Assembly (NCBI GenBank): GCA_009602725.1
Contig: WELB01000008.1
Coordinates: 1,099,288-1,119,287, forward strand
DNA length: 20,000 nucleotides
Source of the DNA: Spirogloea muscicola
Taxonomy: Eukaryota
Reading direction: 5' to 3'
A program made the translations under genes and the position numbers. The notes under the pieces are model-generated. The model was given only the letters and a program-made list of their open reading frames with translations. It was not told the DNA's origin and searched no databases. This document shows, in pieces, positions 1-9,541 of this stretch. The stretch's first letter is position 1. Each line of letters starts with the position of its first letter.

Positions 1-87
1 CTGCCGCAGCCGCAGCGCCGCCTGGCGAGGCTGGCTGCCCACCTCGGCGGCGGCGGCGGCGGCGGGGATGACAGCGGCGGCGGTGGC
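1..87 (+). CDS. Probable N-terminal fragment of a peroxisomal protein (PTS2 signal), cut at the single n at position 88
   Basis: Frame 1 reads [38 protein letters not shown] (19-45) fits the PTS2 consensus R-L-x5-H-L. The GC-rich, GGC-repeat texture matches the first exons of the other genes here. No start codon or downstream exon is in the window. Confidence 0.5.
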
Positions 88-366
88 NCGACTAGGCCTC
101 GCCTCTGCCTGCCACGTGGCGAGGAGGCTGGGGAAATAAGAGAGAAGGGCTCGCCCATTCATTGAGGAATAGCCCTCCCCCTCTCAGCACTTCCTCGGTG
201 CCTTTTGGGTCTTGTATCCTGCTACCGCATGCGAATGTCTATGTCTTTGTCCATGCTTTTCGGTGGGCGAGCTCTTTCTTTCTTTTCTATGTCCCCCAGC
301 GCTGTCCATTCTTTTTGGGCTGGCTTTGCCAGCCCCTCTTTCTCTATGGGCGAGCCTTCTTCCCAA

Positions 367-409
367 GCGACCGGCGCGGCGGCTTGCTTTGCACCGCCGC
401 GCCGGTCGC
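367..409. repeat. Perfect 16-bp inverted repeat (hairpin, 11-nt loop)
   Basis: gcgaccggcgcggcgg (367-382) / ccgccgcgccggtcgc (394-409). Confidence 0.95.
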
Positions 410-1123
410 GCCCTTGCAGCAGCCTCTGGCTTGCGCAGCGGGGTTGCTCTTCCTCCCCTCAGCTCATCTGACTTCCTACTGCTGACCCGGGGGTACTAAG
501 CTTATGATAAGAGCCCTTTCTTCTACGTCTCGCTGCAGAGGTCCATGGCCCGTGCGCTGCACCTGCGTGCTGGCCGAGCCCTTGCTGCTGCCTCTGGCTC
601 TGGCCAGGGGACATACTTCCAGGAGCATAGCCTCTCCGACCTGCGCCTGCTTAGCAGGGGTTACTGAGTGGTTAGTAGCTGCTTTGTTTTTTCTTGTGTG
701 CTTGTCATTTCTGCTGCTTCGCCTTAGGGCTTCGCCTGGCTTCCCCCCCCCTCTTCTTGTACTCTGTTCATTCTTTTTTGGGCTGGCTGTTCCAGCCCAT
801 ATTCTCAATGGGCGAGCCCTTCTCTTTCTTCTAAGAGCGCCCTGTCTGCCTAGCCTGTGGCTCCGTCAAGGACACCTGTATGCATCTGGCTGGCTTCCAC
901 AGCCGCTCTTTATATTAGCAGCCGCTTTCTCTCTCTCCCCGGTACGCCCGAGCAGTGCTGCCGGCAGGCAACCCCCCTCCTCCCTCCCTCCTACCTCCCT
1001 CCTCACCCCTGGCCCCCGGCCTGCAGTCGTGAAGAACCCCCCCTTCAGAGAACGCTGGAGACCTGCTTGGACTGCCTTGGATCCACTGTCTCTTACACAG
1101 CTCATCGCCCCGTTAGCAGGACT

Positions 1124-1155
1124 TGAAAGGGAGGCCTGGATAGGCCTCCCTTTCA
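1124..1155. repeat. Perfect 14-bp inverted repeat (hairpin, 4-nt loop)
   Basis: tgaaagggaggcct (1124-1137) / aggcctccctttca (1142-1155). Confidence 0.95.
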
Positions 1156-1319
1156 CTGGCCTCCTTCCATCTCATGCGCACCGCGCGCCGTTCTCCCCTC
1201 CCCCCTCCCGCCATTGATAAGAGCAAGCCACTTGTACGTCACTGACATTCCGCCGCCCATTCTCCTGCCCTCTCTCGGCTCGCCCGCGCCGCCGCAGCCA
1301 CCACCCCGCGCGCTCCGCC

Positions 1320-2094
1320 ATGGCGCCAGACGTTGGCCCCGCCGACGGCGAGCCGCGGCCGGCGGTCTACTCGTGCCTGCCTTCCTCCAAGAAGGTGTAC
1401 GTGGACGACGAGGGCCTGCCAGGCCCCAGCTGGCCGTCCGACACGCCTATCGGCATCAACAACGAGGACCACCGCGTCGAGCTGTACTGCATCGACTACC
1501 TGCTCGCCAGGCCTGCTCCGGTCGCCCTTGGCTCTGCCCTCAACTCTGCTGCGCTCGCGGTGCCGGGTCCCGCCCATCGTTCACTGGACATCGATCTGGT
1601 CTACACTGTGCTCGCGACTCGCACGGCACGGGATATTCTGCCGCTGACGAGCTACAGCGGCCCGAAATTGTCAAGCAGGATGAAAGCCAGAGGAGAGCAG
1701 GAGCGGAAGCTGCGGTTGCTCGCCATCACAGGAGGGTCTGACAACGTGCTCTCCATGCTAACCCTCGGCGACAAGGTTGCAAGCGTGGATGCCGTGGACC
1801 TGACCCCCGCCCAGAACCACCTGCTGCTCCTGAAGCAGGTGAGAGCATTGCTCAGGTCTACATCTTCTCTGCATTGTTATAATGGCTTTGACCAGCCTGT
1901 CCAACCATGGTGGCATCCTTCTCACTCATTGAGCACCTGCCCGCATGTGTCAGGCTGCAGTCAAGGTTCTGGAGAGCAGAGGCAAGATTGTTCAATTTCT
2001 GGGGCTCGATGGCGATCACAGCGACGCAGCGGCTGACACTCGCATTGCCACCTACAAGGCGAACGTGCGCGACCAGCTGCCTTCTGAGACTCAG
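1320..2094 (+). CDS. DUF3419 / BtaA-like SAM-dependent (3-amino-3-carboxypropyl) transferase, N-terminal part; exons 1320-1838 and 1954-2094; 3' part not found
   Basis: Start context ccgccATGG. Motifs NEDHRVE, RLLAITGGSDNVLSML and VDAVDLTPAQNHLLLLKQ|AA...QFLG...R...Y...VRDQL match the DUF3419/BtaA pattern (EDPxVD; VLxITSGGCNxLxxL; DAVDLNPAQxHLLELKxAA). The GT-AG intron 1839-1953 keeps the frame, and there is a GT donor at 2095. Confidence 0.8.
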
Positions 2095-3838
2095 GTCGGT
2101 GTGTGGGCGGCTGCTTGCAACTGCCAAAGCTGGTTCCTACATGAGGCCAAGAGCCACGAAAATCAGGACACTAAGATCAGTGCAGATTCTATGTGCTCTC
2201 TGAGGAGCCGATCACAACCATCTTGAGCCGCTTGATAAGTGGTGGCCCTCCGTGATTACCCAGAGGACAGTTTTGTAGAGCTGTGTAGGCAGAGAGGATA
2301 CAGACACGCCTGCCTTTTGAAGTAGTTGCTAGAACGCCATTCTTTCCCACGAGGTTCTTTGGCCTCTGCTTCATGGGGCCGCCACAAATGAGGAGGCCGC
2401 ACATGATACCTCACTAAGAAAGCGGACATGTACGTAAGACTGTACAGATTGAAATTTGAAGGCGCATCCTTCTTCCTGCAACACTGTTGCGATGGATCCG
2501 CTTCTGTTGAGTCTTTTTCTGTGTATGATCTTCTTCATCAATTGTGCGTTGTAACTTCATGCCCAACCTTGTGACACATGTGCTATCGCAGCTAAGGAAA
2601 GAGCTCCTACTTGCCTATCTTGATCATCCGCTGAGGGTGCAAACCCTACTGCCTGCAAGAACGCTCGCTAAGACGCTGATAAGCACCGGAGGCCTTATCA
2701 GCCGTTTAGAACATCCAACAGTGAGATTGCCTCAAATGAAGGGAGGACGGCTATTGACCCTGTGAACACACAGGAGCTGTTGCTCTTGGTCTTTGTGTCA
2801 TCGACAAACTCGTCATGAGGGCGAGATGGTCACGGATGACCACTTTATGGAGCTTGATTGTGATCCTGCAAGCCTCATCATCTGTGTACAACCACCGTCT
2901 CAATCACACATAGCAGAAAGCGTTGCCACGGAGCCTGCAAAATCACAGAATCGTCTGCACATAGTCGCTTTGTCAGGCGACCACCCCTCTCAACTCGGAA
3001 GAGCGCTGGTGATGTAAGAGTTGGTAAGACCGAGGTGTGAGGTAATCTCGTTGGATACATCTGCTCATATTCGAACCTCATCCTTCGTACAACAGCCAGG
3101 CATGCGTGCTTACAACATTGGAAATGATCGAGGCTGCAAACAAGCCCTAGCCAGTAGCCACACTCAGTCCTGGAGAATAAACAAAGAAAGGCCTGTGTTG
3201 GCTTGTGGCGACTCTGAATCTACTATCTTTCTCTCATTCTGTCCGTTCCCTCAGCTGCACCTATTCCTCCATGTCTCCCACATGTAGTGCTTTTGTGGAT
3301 CTAGCATGAGAAGAGGCGAGCTCCAGTCCAAAGCGCCTTACCAGGTCTGGCCAGATTGGAGAAGGTCGTATGTGGCAAGCAGAATATGCCGCTTGAGCGT
3401 CTCAGCAGGCGGTCTGCCTGTTCTCTGTATATCACTACCGACTGACTCACCGTATAAAGGCGGGGGAAATGCTTGGAGGCAGGGGCAGGGCCAGAAGGGG
3501 AGTGTGAACGCAAGGGGAGTGCGGGCCAATTTGGCCCGCCCACAATGCTGTGCTATGAGCTGAGCACAATGAGTGCTGGGACCCAAACGGCCTGCCTACG
3601 CAAGAGGCTGCTAACTTGCTCGTATTTTGACTAGCTGGTCTACCGACCCACACTAGGTCCAGCTCCAGGACTCACAGATAGTCATCGGACGTCTATGTTT
3701 GTTGTCCCACTTCAGCTAGTCGTGCTGATGAAGCGAATGAAGGAACCAAAACGTGCAGTGTAACAGAGAAATGCGTCCCCCAGAACCGTGTAAGCAACCC
3801 CCCTCTGCACCTACGCACGACTTCTGCGTCAGCGCTGG

Positions 3839-6800
3839 TCAATAGTGGACCTCTGATTGAAGCACAGAAGGCCTGCTCCCGCACTGCTGAACGTTGGTAG
3901 CGGGTGCCTCAGATGAGGCTCCAAAAGGAGGGCCTGAAATACTTGCCGCTTGGTCCAAAGGCGACCAGGAGTTGAGCAGCGGCCCTACTTCAGATGCGGG
4001 CCTCGGAACCTTGCCCAAGTATGTTCGACCACTATTGGAGCTACGCTGAGTACCGGAAGAAGCCGTTGCCTGGCTCGGCCTTTGGAAAGGTCTCGTCACT
4101 TGGCCTTCATAACCAGGTCGAGCATTGCTAAGCAGCCTCTGCTCCAAGTCAGCAGGTGGCTCAGATTGCAGATCCAGGCTGTGGCTGAATGACGACGATA
4201 ATAGGCCGCTTGCAGCATTCCTCGGCTGCCCAAAGCTCAAGCTGCTGGGCACAGAAGGTGCTACCTGGACACAGGCGAATTCAAACCCCTCAGCAACCAC
4301 TATGCCACAAAACAGATGAGATAAGATAAGAGCCAGACACTTAAAAACCAAGAAACGAGTGTGCCATGTGGACTGCTTGAGGTCGACCCTGGCTGTGGTT
4401 GGGTGAGGTTTGGTGCACTGACAAGCACACCTCCTCCACTGTGGGGCGCTGAGTCCTCTGGCTTGGGCTGAAGATTAGCTGCCGAGGCTGCTCTGCTTCA
4501 CAGACTAGCGCATGCTGAGGAAGGTGCCGTCTAGCTCGGAAGAAGCCTATCTGAAACGCGTCCCATGATGTCTCCTGATATTTGCAGGGTGGCAAGGCTT
4601 CATCATGACGACATACAGTGCTAGAAGGTCCAACGCTCCCGAGCACTGTCACTCACTGCGGAAGACCGCGGGGCAAAGGAAGGTTGCCGGGTGCTGAAGG
4701 CAGCGTCTTGCTTGGCGGCCACATTGGCAGCGACAGGCTTTTGTGCTTGGGCGAACTCAAAGGCTTGGGCGAACTCAAAGGCTTGGCTGTCGGAGACACC
4801 GGCACCGGCTGGCCAGCACTTGGCCCCTTGGCGGCGAGCACCTTCGTGTGCAACATATTCCTGGCCTGTGCGGCAGGCTTGCTCAATGCCGGCGCTGGCG
4901 GCGGCGGCGCCGGCAGAGCAGGGCTCACATCAGGCAGCCGCTCTGGCGAGAAGGGTGGGCTGGGAGGCTGAACTTTGACATCTGCCAATGCTTGGGATGC
5001 CTTCTTGGCTGGCGAGGCTCTTGGGCTCGCTGACCCCGAGGCATTCCTCTTCTTGTGCTGCTGTTGCTGCTGCCACCCATGGGCGCTGCTCCCTGATAAC
5101 GACCTCTGTTGGAGAAAGCAAAGCAACTGCGATCAGCTGAAGATTGCACTGGAGCTCTCAAGGCAATATCTGGTCTTGCAGTTGATGGGTACATTACACC
5201 AGGCAGCAATGTTGGCATGATCCTGTGTACCCACAGTAAGCATGCCTAAAATCTAATGAAAGATGCAAACCCTGAAGTAGACAATGTCCCCAACCCATGA
5301 TAGCAACTTAAAGGGCAAGGGAGCTCACTGCTGGAGCCAGAGCCAGAGGAGAGAGCCGCTGCCTCCCGCCGTCTGCAAATGAAGCAGGGCCCTGGCGCTG
5401 CACGGCATCTGAGTGACTGTATCCCAAGCCATGGCCACCGCCTGCCTTCAAAGAGGGCGCGCTCCCCCTAGTGTAGCCAGGCCTCACAAAGTCTGCAATG
5501 TCCTTGGTCGAGCTGCACAAATTGCATAAAATACCACTGTTAGCAACTGTGACTTGCCCAGCTAAAACTTCACAATTAGACAAGTAAGTATTGGCCCTCC
5601 CTGTATTGTGCTGGGACTGCCATGGACGACCTTTGACGGTGGCCGAATATCCACGAGGTCCAGGACAACAATGCTCACACTTTCTGCCAAGCGTGTCAAT
5701 GAAAGTGGCAGTCACTGCTCATTGACAAGCATAGGCCTGCAGGCTCACCTGCCCCAAACACTACCAAGAGATAGCGTTGCCAGAGTTGTGAGAGAACAGC
5801 CAGGTGGTGAACTGTCCTGCAATCTTTTCAGGCAGCGGCCAAGCCTGGCAAACCGGTGAGCCAAAAGATCGCAGATTGTTTCAAGGCTCGCCTGCCTGCC
5901 TCCTCCAAAGCCGGCAGTCTGCAGCATGCGGACCACCACCTTCTGCATGGCGGCATTGGCCTGCTGCTCCTCGAAGCACTGGTCATCAGTAGCTCGAAGG
6001 CAACACTGCACTTGTGAGGAACAGGTACCAGACAACGCCGTCGACGGGACGCAGTTGCAGAAGAAGAAGGCACCCTCAGGAAGAGGAGTCGCTGCTCTTT
6101 GCGCGCCGCCTTGATCGGGCCTGCCTGGGGCCGCCTGACTGCTTGCCACCAATTTGTCACAAGCGGCTGTCCTTGGCTCAGCTGCAAGCTGGGAGTGGTC
6201 CTCCACTTCCAGGAGCTGGCTGGCGCGCGCTTCCTGTGCCACATAGCTGGCCATGCGATGGGGGTCCCTGACCATGGCGTCCCTCTCAGAGAATGCTCGG
6301 CGCTGCTCTGCGAGCCTCTGAGCCACACGGTGCATCCTCGCCATGAGGGACCTCCTGACACACAGCTCTGGCCAGCTATGCTGCTCGCCCTCTGCCTCGC
6401 CATCTCTTCTGCAGTGCTTGTCGCAGCCTCCTTGTCCTCCATCACAGTGACTTCTGCCCTCTTCTCCTTCTCGGCACCGGCAGCCCTCGCTTCCCGTTAC
6501 CACATGACCCTCACTGGAGGACTTTCCTGGAGACTTTGGCATCACTATGCCAGTGTCGAAGGTTGTGCAGGATTGAGATCTGCTCAGGTGCGCCAGCAGC
6601 ATAGCTCGCCCATCATCTCGTTGGCTGCCAGAGAGACCTGATGCGCACTCTGGGCTAGACATCTGTCAAAGCGAAAGTAAGAGTGAGGCAGTAGACACAC
6701 CACATAGGTCACCCTCTGTTGACTCCGTCGAGTGGCAGTGCCCAACCTTGCTTAGTACAGAGAAGTGACAGGCAAGGAAGACCAGTCGGCATAACTGTCC

Positions 6801-9436
6801 TCTCGCAGAATGCAAGCTACTAACCTCGCTGCTGCGATCAGTGTCAAGGCCGTCGCCTAGATTAACGGTTCCAGGGCCAGCTGACGCAGTATGAGCTGCC
6901 TGGCCTGCAGTGCCTTGACGAATAGCAACACTGTCCTCAGGAGACAGAACGTCTATGTTGGGTATTGCACTAAGAAGCTTGAGAGCTCGTTGCTGCAGCA
7001 TCGCCACGTGTCGGACGTAAGTGGATCCCTGGTCGTAAGCACACCAACTGAAGTTGCTTCAGTTGGCAGTCAAGTTGTACCCAAGAGGGGATGGGTGGGT
7101 GCGCGTGAAATGAAGGGGGGCCAAGCCTCGCCAATGGACTGGGGATACCCATTGGCACACAGTAGGGCGCAGTAAAGACTCGACGTATACGATGCGTGTT
7201 GGAAGTAAAAGATGTATTGATGAGTATCACAAAGGAAGTGTGCCACCTAGCGCAGCTGCTCCCAACCTTCTCATTGTATTGGCGACAATTGGCAGCAATG
7301 AGGTCAATGTCTGCATGGAAGCTCCTTTTGTTTGTGTACCTGCATGACCTCTCAGGTTGTCAACAAATATCTGATGGAAAAAGCCCATGAAGATGAAGAT
7401 GTAGACAACCAGAACTGTGAAGTCTGAAATTGGTCTATAAGCAGAACTTGCTGCATACTTGCAAGTACGGAGCTTCTTCAGCATGGTGCCCAAGTCCATG
7501 GGGTGCTTGATGACTTGAGCAACAAGAAACATAACCATTGCAAATGTCAATAGCCAGTCAGTGCATCATGCAGTCCCTCATACAGGTGCACCAGACACTT
7601 GCTGGGATAAAGCCCATGTTACAAAGCACCCAAGACTGTGAGCAGGTTCGTGTCCCTTATCAAGTATAATAGTCGCTAGTGGCCCTATCCACACGCTTCT
7701 GATCAAAGGAGTCTCACCGTCATAGTAATCCCAAGCTTCGGCTTTTTTAACTTTAGTCATGAACGGCCTTGCAACTTCCTGCCATGCGCAACCAGAATGT
7801 GCCAGCAAGACAATCCTCAAACATGGCTTCAACAGCTGACAAATGAGCACAGCACATCTGTCCTGGCATTAGAAAGATGAGAAGCTTCTGTCACACACCC
7901 CCATGTTCTTCAGTTCTTCTAACACCTTCTCCAGTGCATTGTTCAACAATGCCTGATCAAAGTCATGACTAACATGTCAGTCTGCTGCAAAAGCTCATGA
8001 ATGCTGCGCACCGACCTTGGACGTCGGGATGTGACAAAGCACCACAAGTGGCAATTCAGCCTATCAATCGAATATTGGCGATGACATGACAAGCACAAAG
8101 TAGAAACACAACACGTCCATGTAACTGCAACAGGCGTACATAGACCAGCTGATGATGGCAATGATCACAGCAATCAGCTTAGAGGATTACTGGCAGTCGC
8201 TCACCTGCTTTTCCTGTTGAAGATCCTTCTTGGTCTGCAAGCAGCAATGACAATGACATCCTTAGCCACAACCATCATATGAGCACCAAGGCTCCAAGAT
8301 CACAGTCAAAAGGATGAGCACACGAAGCTTGGTTAACGATTTTCCAACACTCTGGATACCCCGGCATTGTGCCTGGCATTTCACAGTCAACAGCTTCAAA
8401 GCTAATCACTTACAGGCTTCACATTTGGCATGGGAGCTGATAGCTTGCAACTGGTCTGAAGTTGGTTACTTACAGGCTTCACATTTGGCATGAGAGCTGA
8501 TAGCTCGCGACTGGCTTTCAACTGCTTCTGCTTGTGCCCTCTGTGTGAGATTGATTCCTCCTCAGCTTCGTCTCCGCTTCAAAAGAGGGAGGTGTTGGCA
8601 CAGCATAGCAAGCCACACAAGGAGCTGAGAGTGTGTGAAGGAGCACTGTGGAGCAGCATGACAACAAAGGAAAGCAGGACGACACAGAAGAAAGTGCGTC
8701 TTGACAGAGCACTTAAGAAGCAACGGAGCTCTTAGTCTCAGTTGTTTCGCAGGCAGACGAGGCTTACTCTGGACTTTGCCCTTGATGGCCTTGGAGATCA
8801 TACTGCGGGGACAGATGCAGCGAGATAGAAAAGCACGCAGATGTCAGCGAGGACTGCACCCGAGCAAGGCGGCATTGCTGGCGGATGCCCTCTGCCAGGC
8901 AGCACCGCAGAAGCCTTGATCAGCGCATGCTGATGGATTGTCAAGCTCTGGGAGGCCATGTCCGAGCTTGCCAGCTCTACCTTGCGCACGAGCTCGGCGA
9001 GCTTGGGAGCTCCCTCGGCCTGCAGCCGCGCCCAGTCCTCAGCATCGTCCTCGAGCGAGTAGTACACGTCGTTCTCGCTGAGGTCTGGCGAGCCATCGGC
9101 GCAGGCGCATGGCGTCAGGGACACAACGGTGTCAGTGCCGGCCAAAGCCTGCAGTCCGAAGACCTGGCCATGGCGGCGGCCGCTCTCGCTGGCCCCAGCA
9201 GCAGACGGGCGCAGAGAAGGCCGGGAGGAGATCACCTCCCGCAGCGCTGCCGCCGCGCAGGAGCCCGTCGGCAGCCTGCCTGGCGAGGAGCGAGCGGACG
9301 CGGAGCTGGAACGGCACGTCGCTGGCGTCGCCGGCGTCGCCGCCGGGCGCGGCGGCGGCGGCGGCGCCCAGGAGCGAGTCCCAGGCCTGGCGCGACGCCA
9401 GGTGCGCCGCCAGCCGCGCGTGGTCGCGCCCGCCCA

Positions 9437-9440
<4 letters not shown>
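3839..9440 (-). CDS. SPT7: Spt7-like SAGA subunit (bromodomain + BTP histone fold), about 1000 aa, 5' end lost in gap. Proposed exons: >9440-9236, 9084-8981, 8802-8768, 8576-8474, 8234-8205, 7952-7899, 7778-7718, 7513-7459, 7339-7267, 7028-6825, 6662-5749, 5512-5329, 5105-4657, 4530-4431, 4264-3839 (last two tentative; may instead stop at TGA 4653)
   Basis: All proposed introns are GT-AG with consistent phases (2997 nt total). Spliced bromodomain: ALLNNALEKVLEELKNMG-EVARPFMTKVKKAEAWDYYD-VIKHPMDLGTMLKKLRTCK-YTNKRSFHADIDLIAANCRQYNEK-GSTYVRHVAMLQQRALKLLSAIPNIDV, with the conserved PF, Y..VIK.PMDL and YN. Histone-fold BTP-like segment MQKVVVRMLQTAGFGGGRQASLETICDLLAHRFARLGRCLK at about 5825-5975. 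The C-terminus is low-complexity and P/S/Q-rich. Confidence 0.8.
4745..4786. repeat. 18-bp coding tandem repeat (2.3 copies) encoding KPLSSP-KPLSSP
   Basis: gcttgggcgaactcaaag at 4745-4762 and 4763-4780, partial at 4781-4786. Confidence 0.9.
8408..8514. repeat. 47-bp direct duplication (period 60 bp) spanning an exon end and 5' splice site
   Basis: 8408-8454 vs 8468-8514, 44/47 identical; each copy contains CCT|GTAAGT on the minus strand. Confidence 0.95.
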
Positions 9441-9508
<68 letters not shown>

Positions 9509-9541
9509 NNNNNNNNNNNNNNNNNNNNNNNNNNNNNNNNN
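9441..9541. other. 68-nt poly-T run plus 33-nt assembly gap interrupting exon 1 of the Spt7-like gene
   Basis: T at 9441-9508, n at 9509-9541. Confidence 0.95.

Larger units (their letters stand above)
89..1215 (+). mobile_element. Degenerate or scrambled LINE (non-LTR) reverse transcriptase-like relic with internal direct and inverted repeats
   Basis: ORF 504-1217 has GFPP-x17-ILNG...LRQG...PLFILAA (about 738-925), the same motif order as L1-type RT (GFP..ILING..RGLRQGDPLSPxLFIL) but with insertions. An AYDK-like string lies near 500-511. Imperfect direct repeat 302-360 vs 764-823, and exact 19-bp inverted match 141-159 vs 807-825. No YADD motif was seen. Confidence 0.4.

Noticed and set aside
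302..823. Hairpin-containing repeats as a possible CRISPR array
   Set aside because: Only two to three degenerate copies, irregular spacing of ~460 bp, no cas genes and a eukaryotic context.
1124..1159. Hairpin followed by CTGG as a Helitron 3' end or intrinsic terminator
   Set aside because: No spacer between hairpin and CTRR, the next base is not T, and there is no U-tract.
504..1217. 237-aa ORF as a functional membrane protein
   Set aside because: The hydrophobicity reflects C/T-rich DNA, the codon pattern differs from real genes here, and it is better explained as a repeat relic.
505..1224. 10-bp direct repeat tgataagagc (505-514, 1215-1224) as a target-site duplication
   Set aside because: One 10-mer match in about 1 kb is expected by chance, and it does not enclose the whole repeat block.
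6099..6641. Plus-strand ORFs overlapping minus-strand genes (also 12979-13730 and 19195-19821)
   Set aside because: Antisense shadows of GC-rich coding exons, with no recognisable motifs.
9395..9421. HARLAAHL in Spt7-like exon 1 resembling the PTS2 at bases 19-45
   Set aside because: It lacks the R-L-x5-H-L spacing (it reads DHARLAAHL) and lies in a predicted nuclear protein; likely coincidental.
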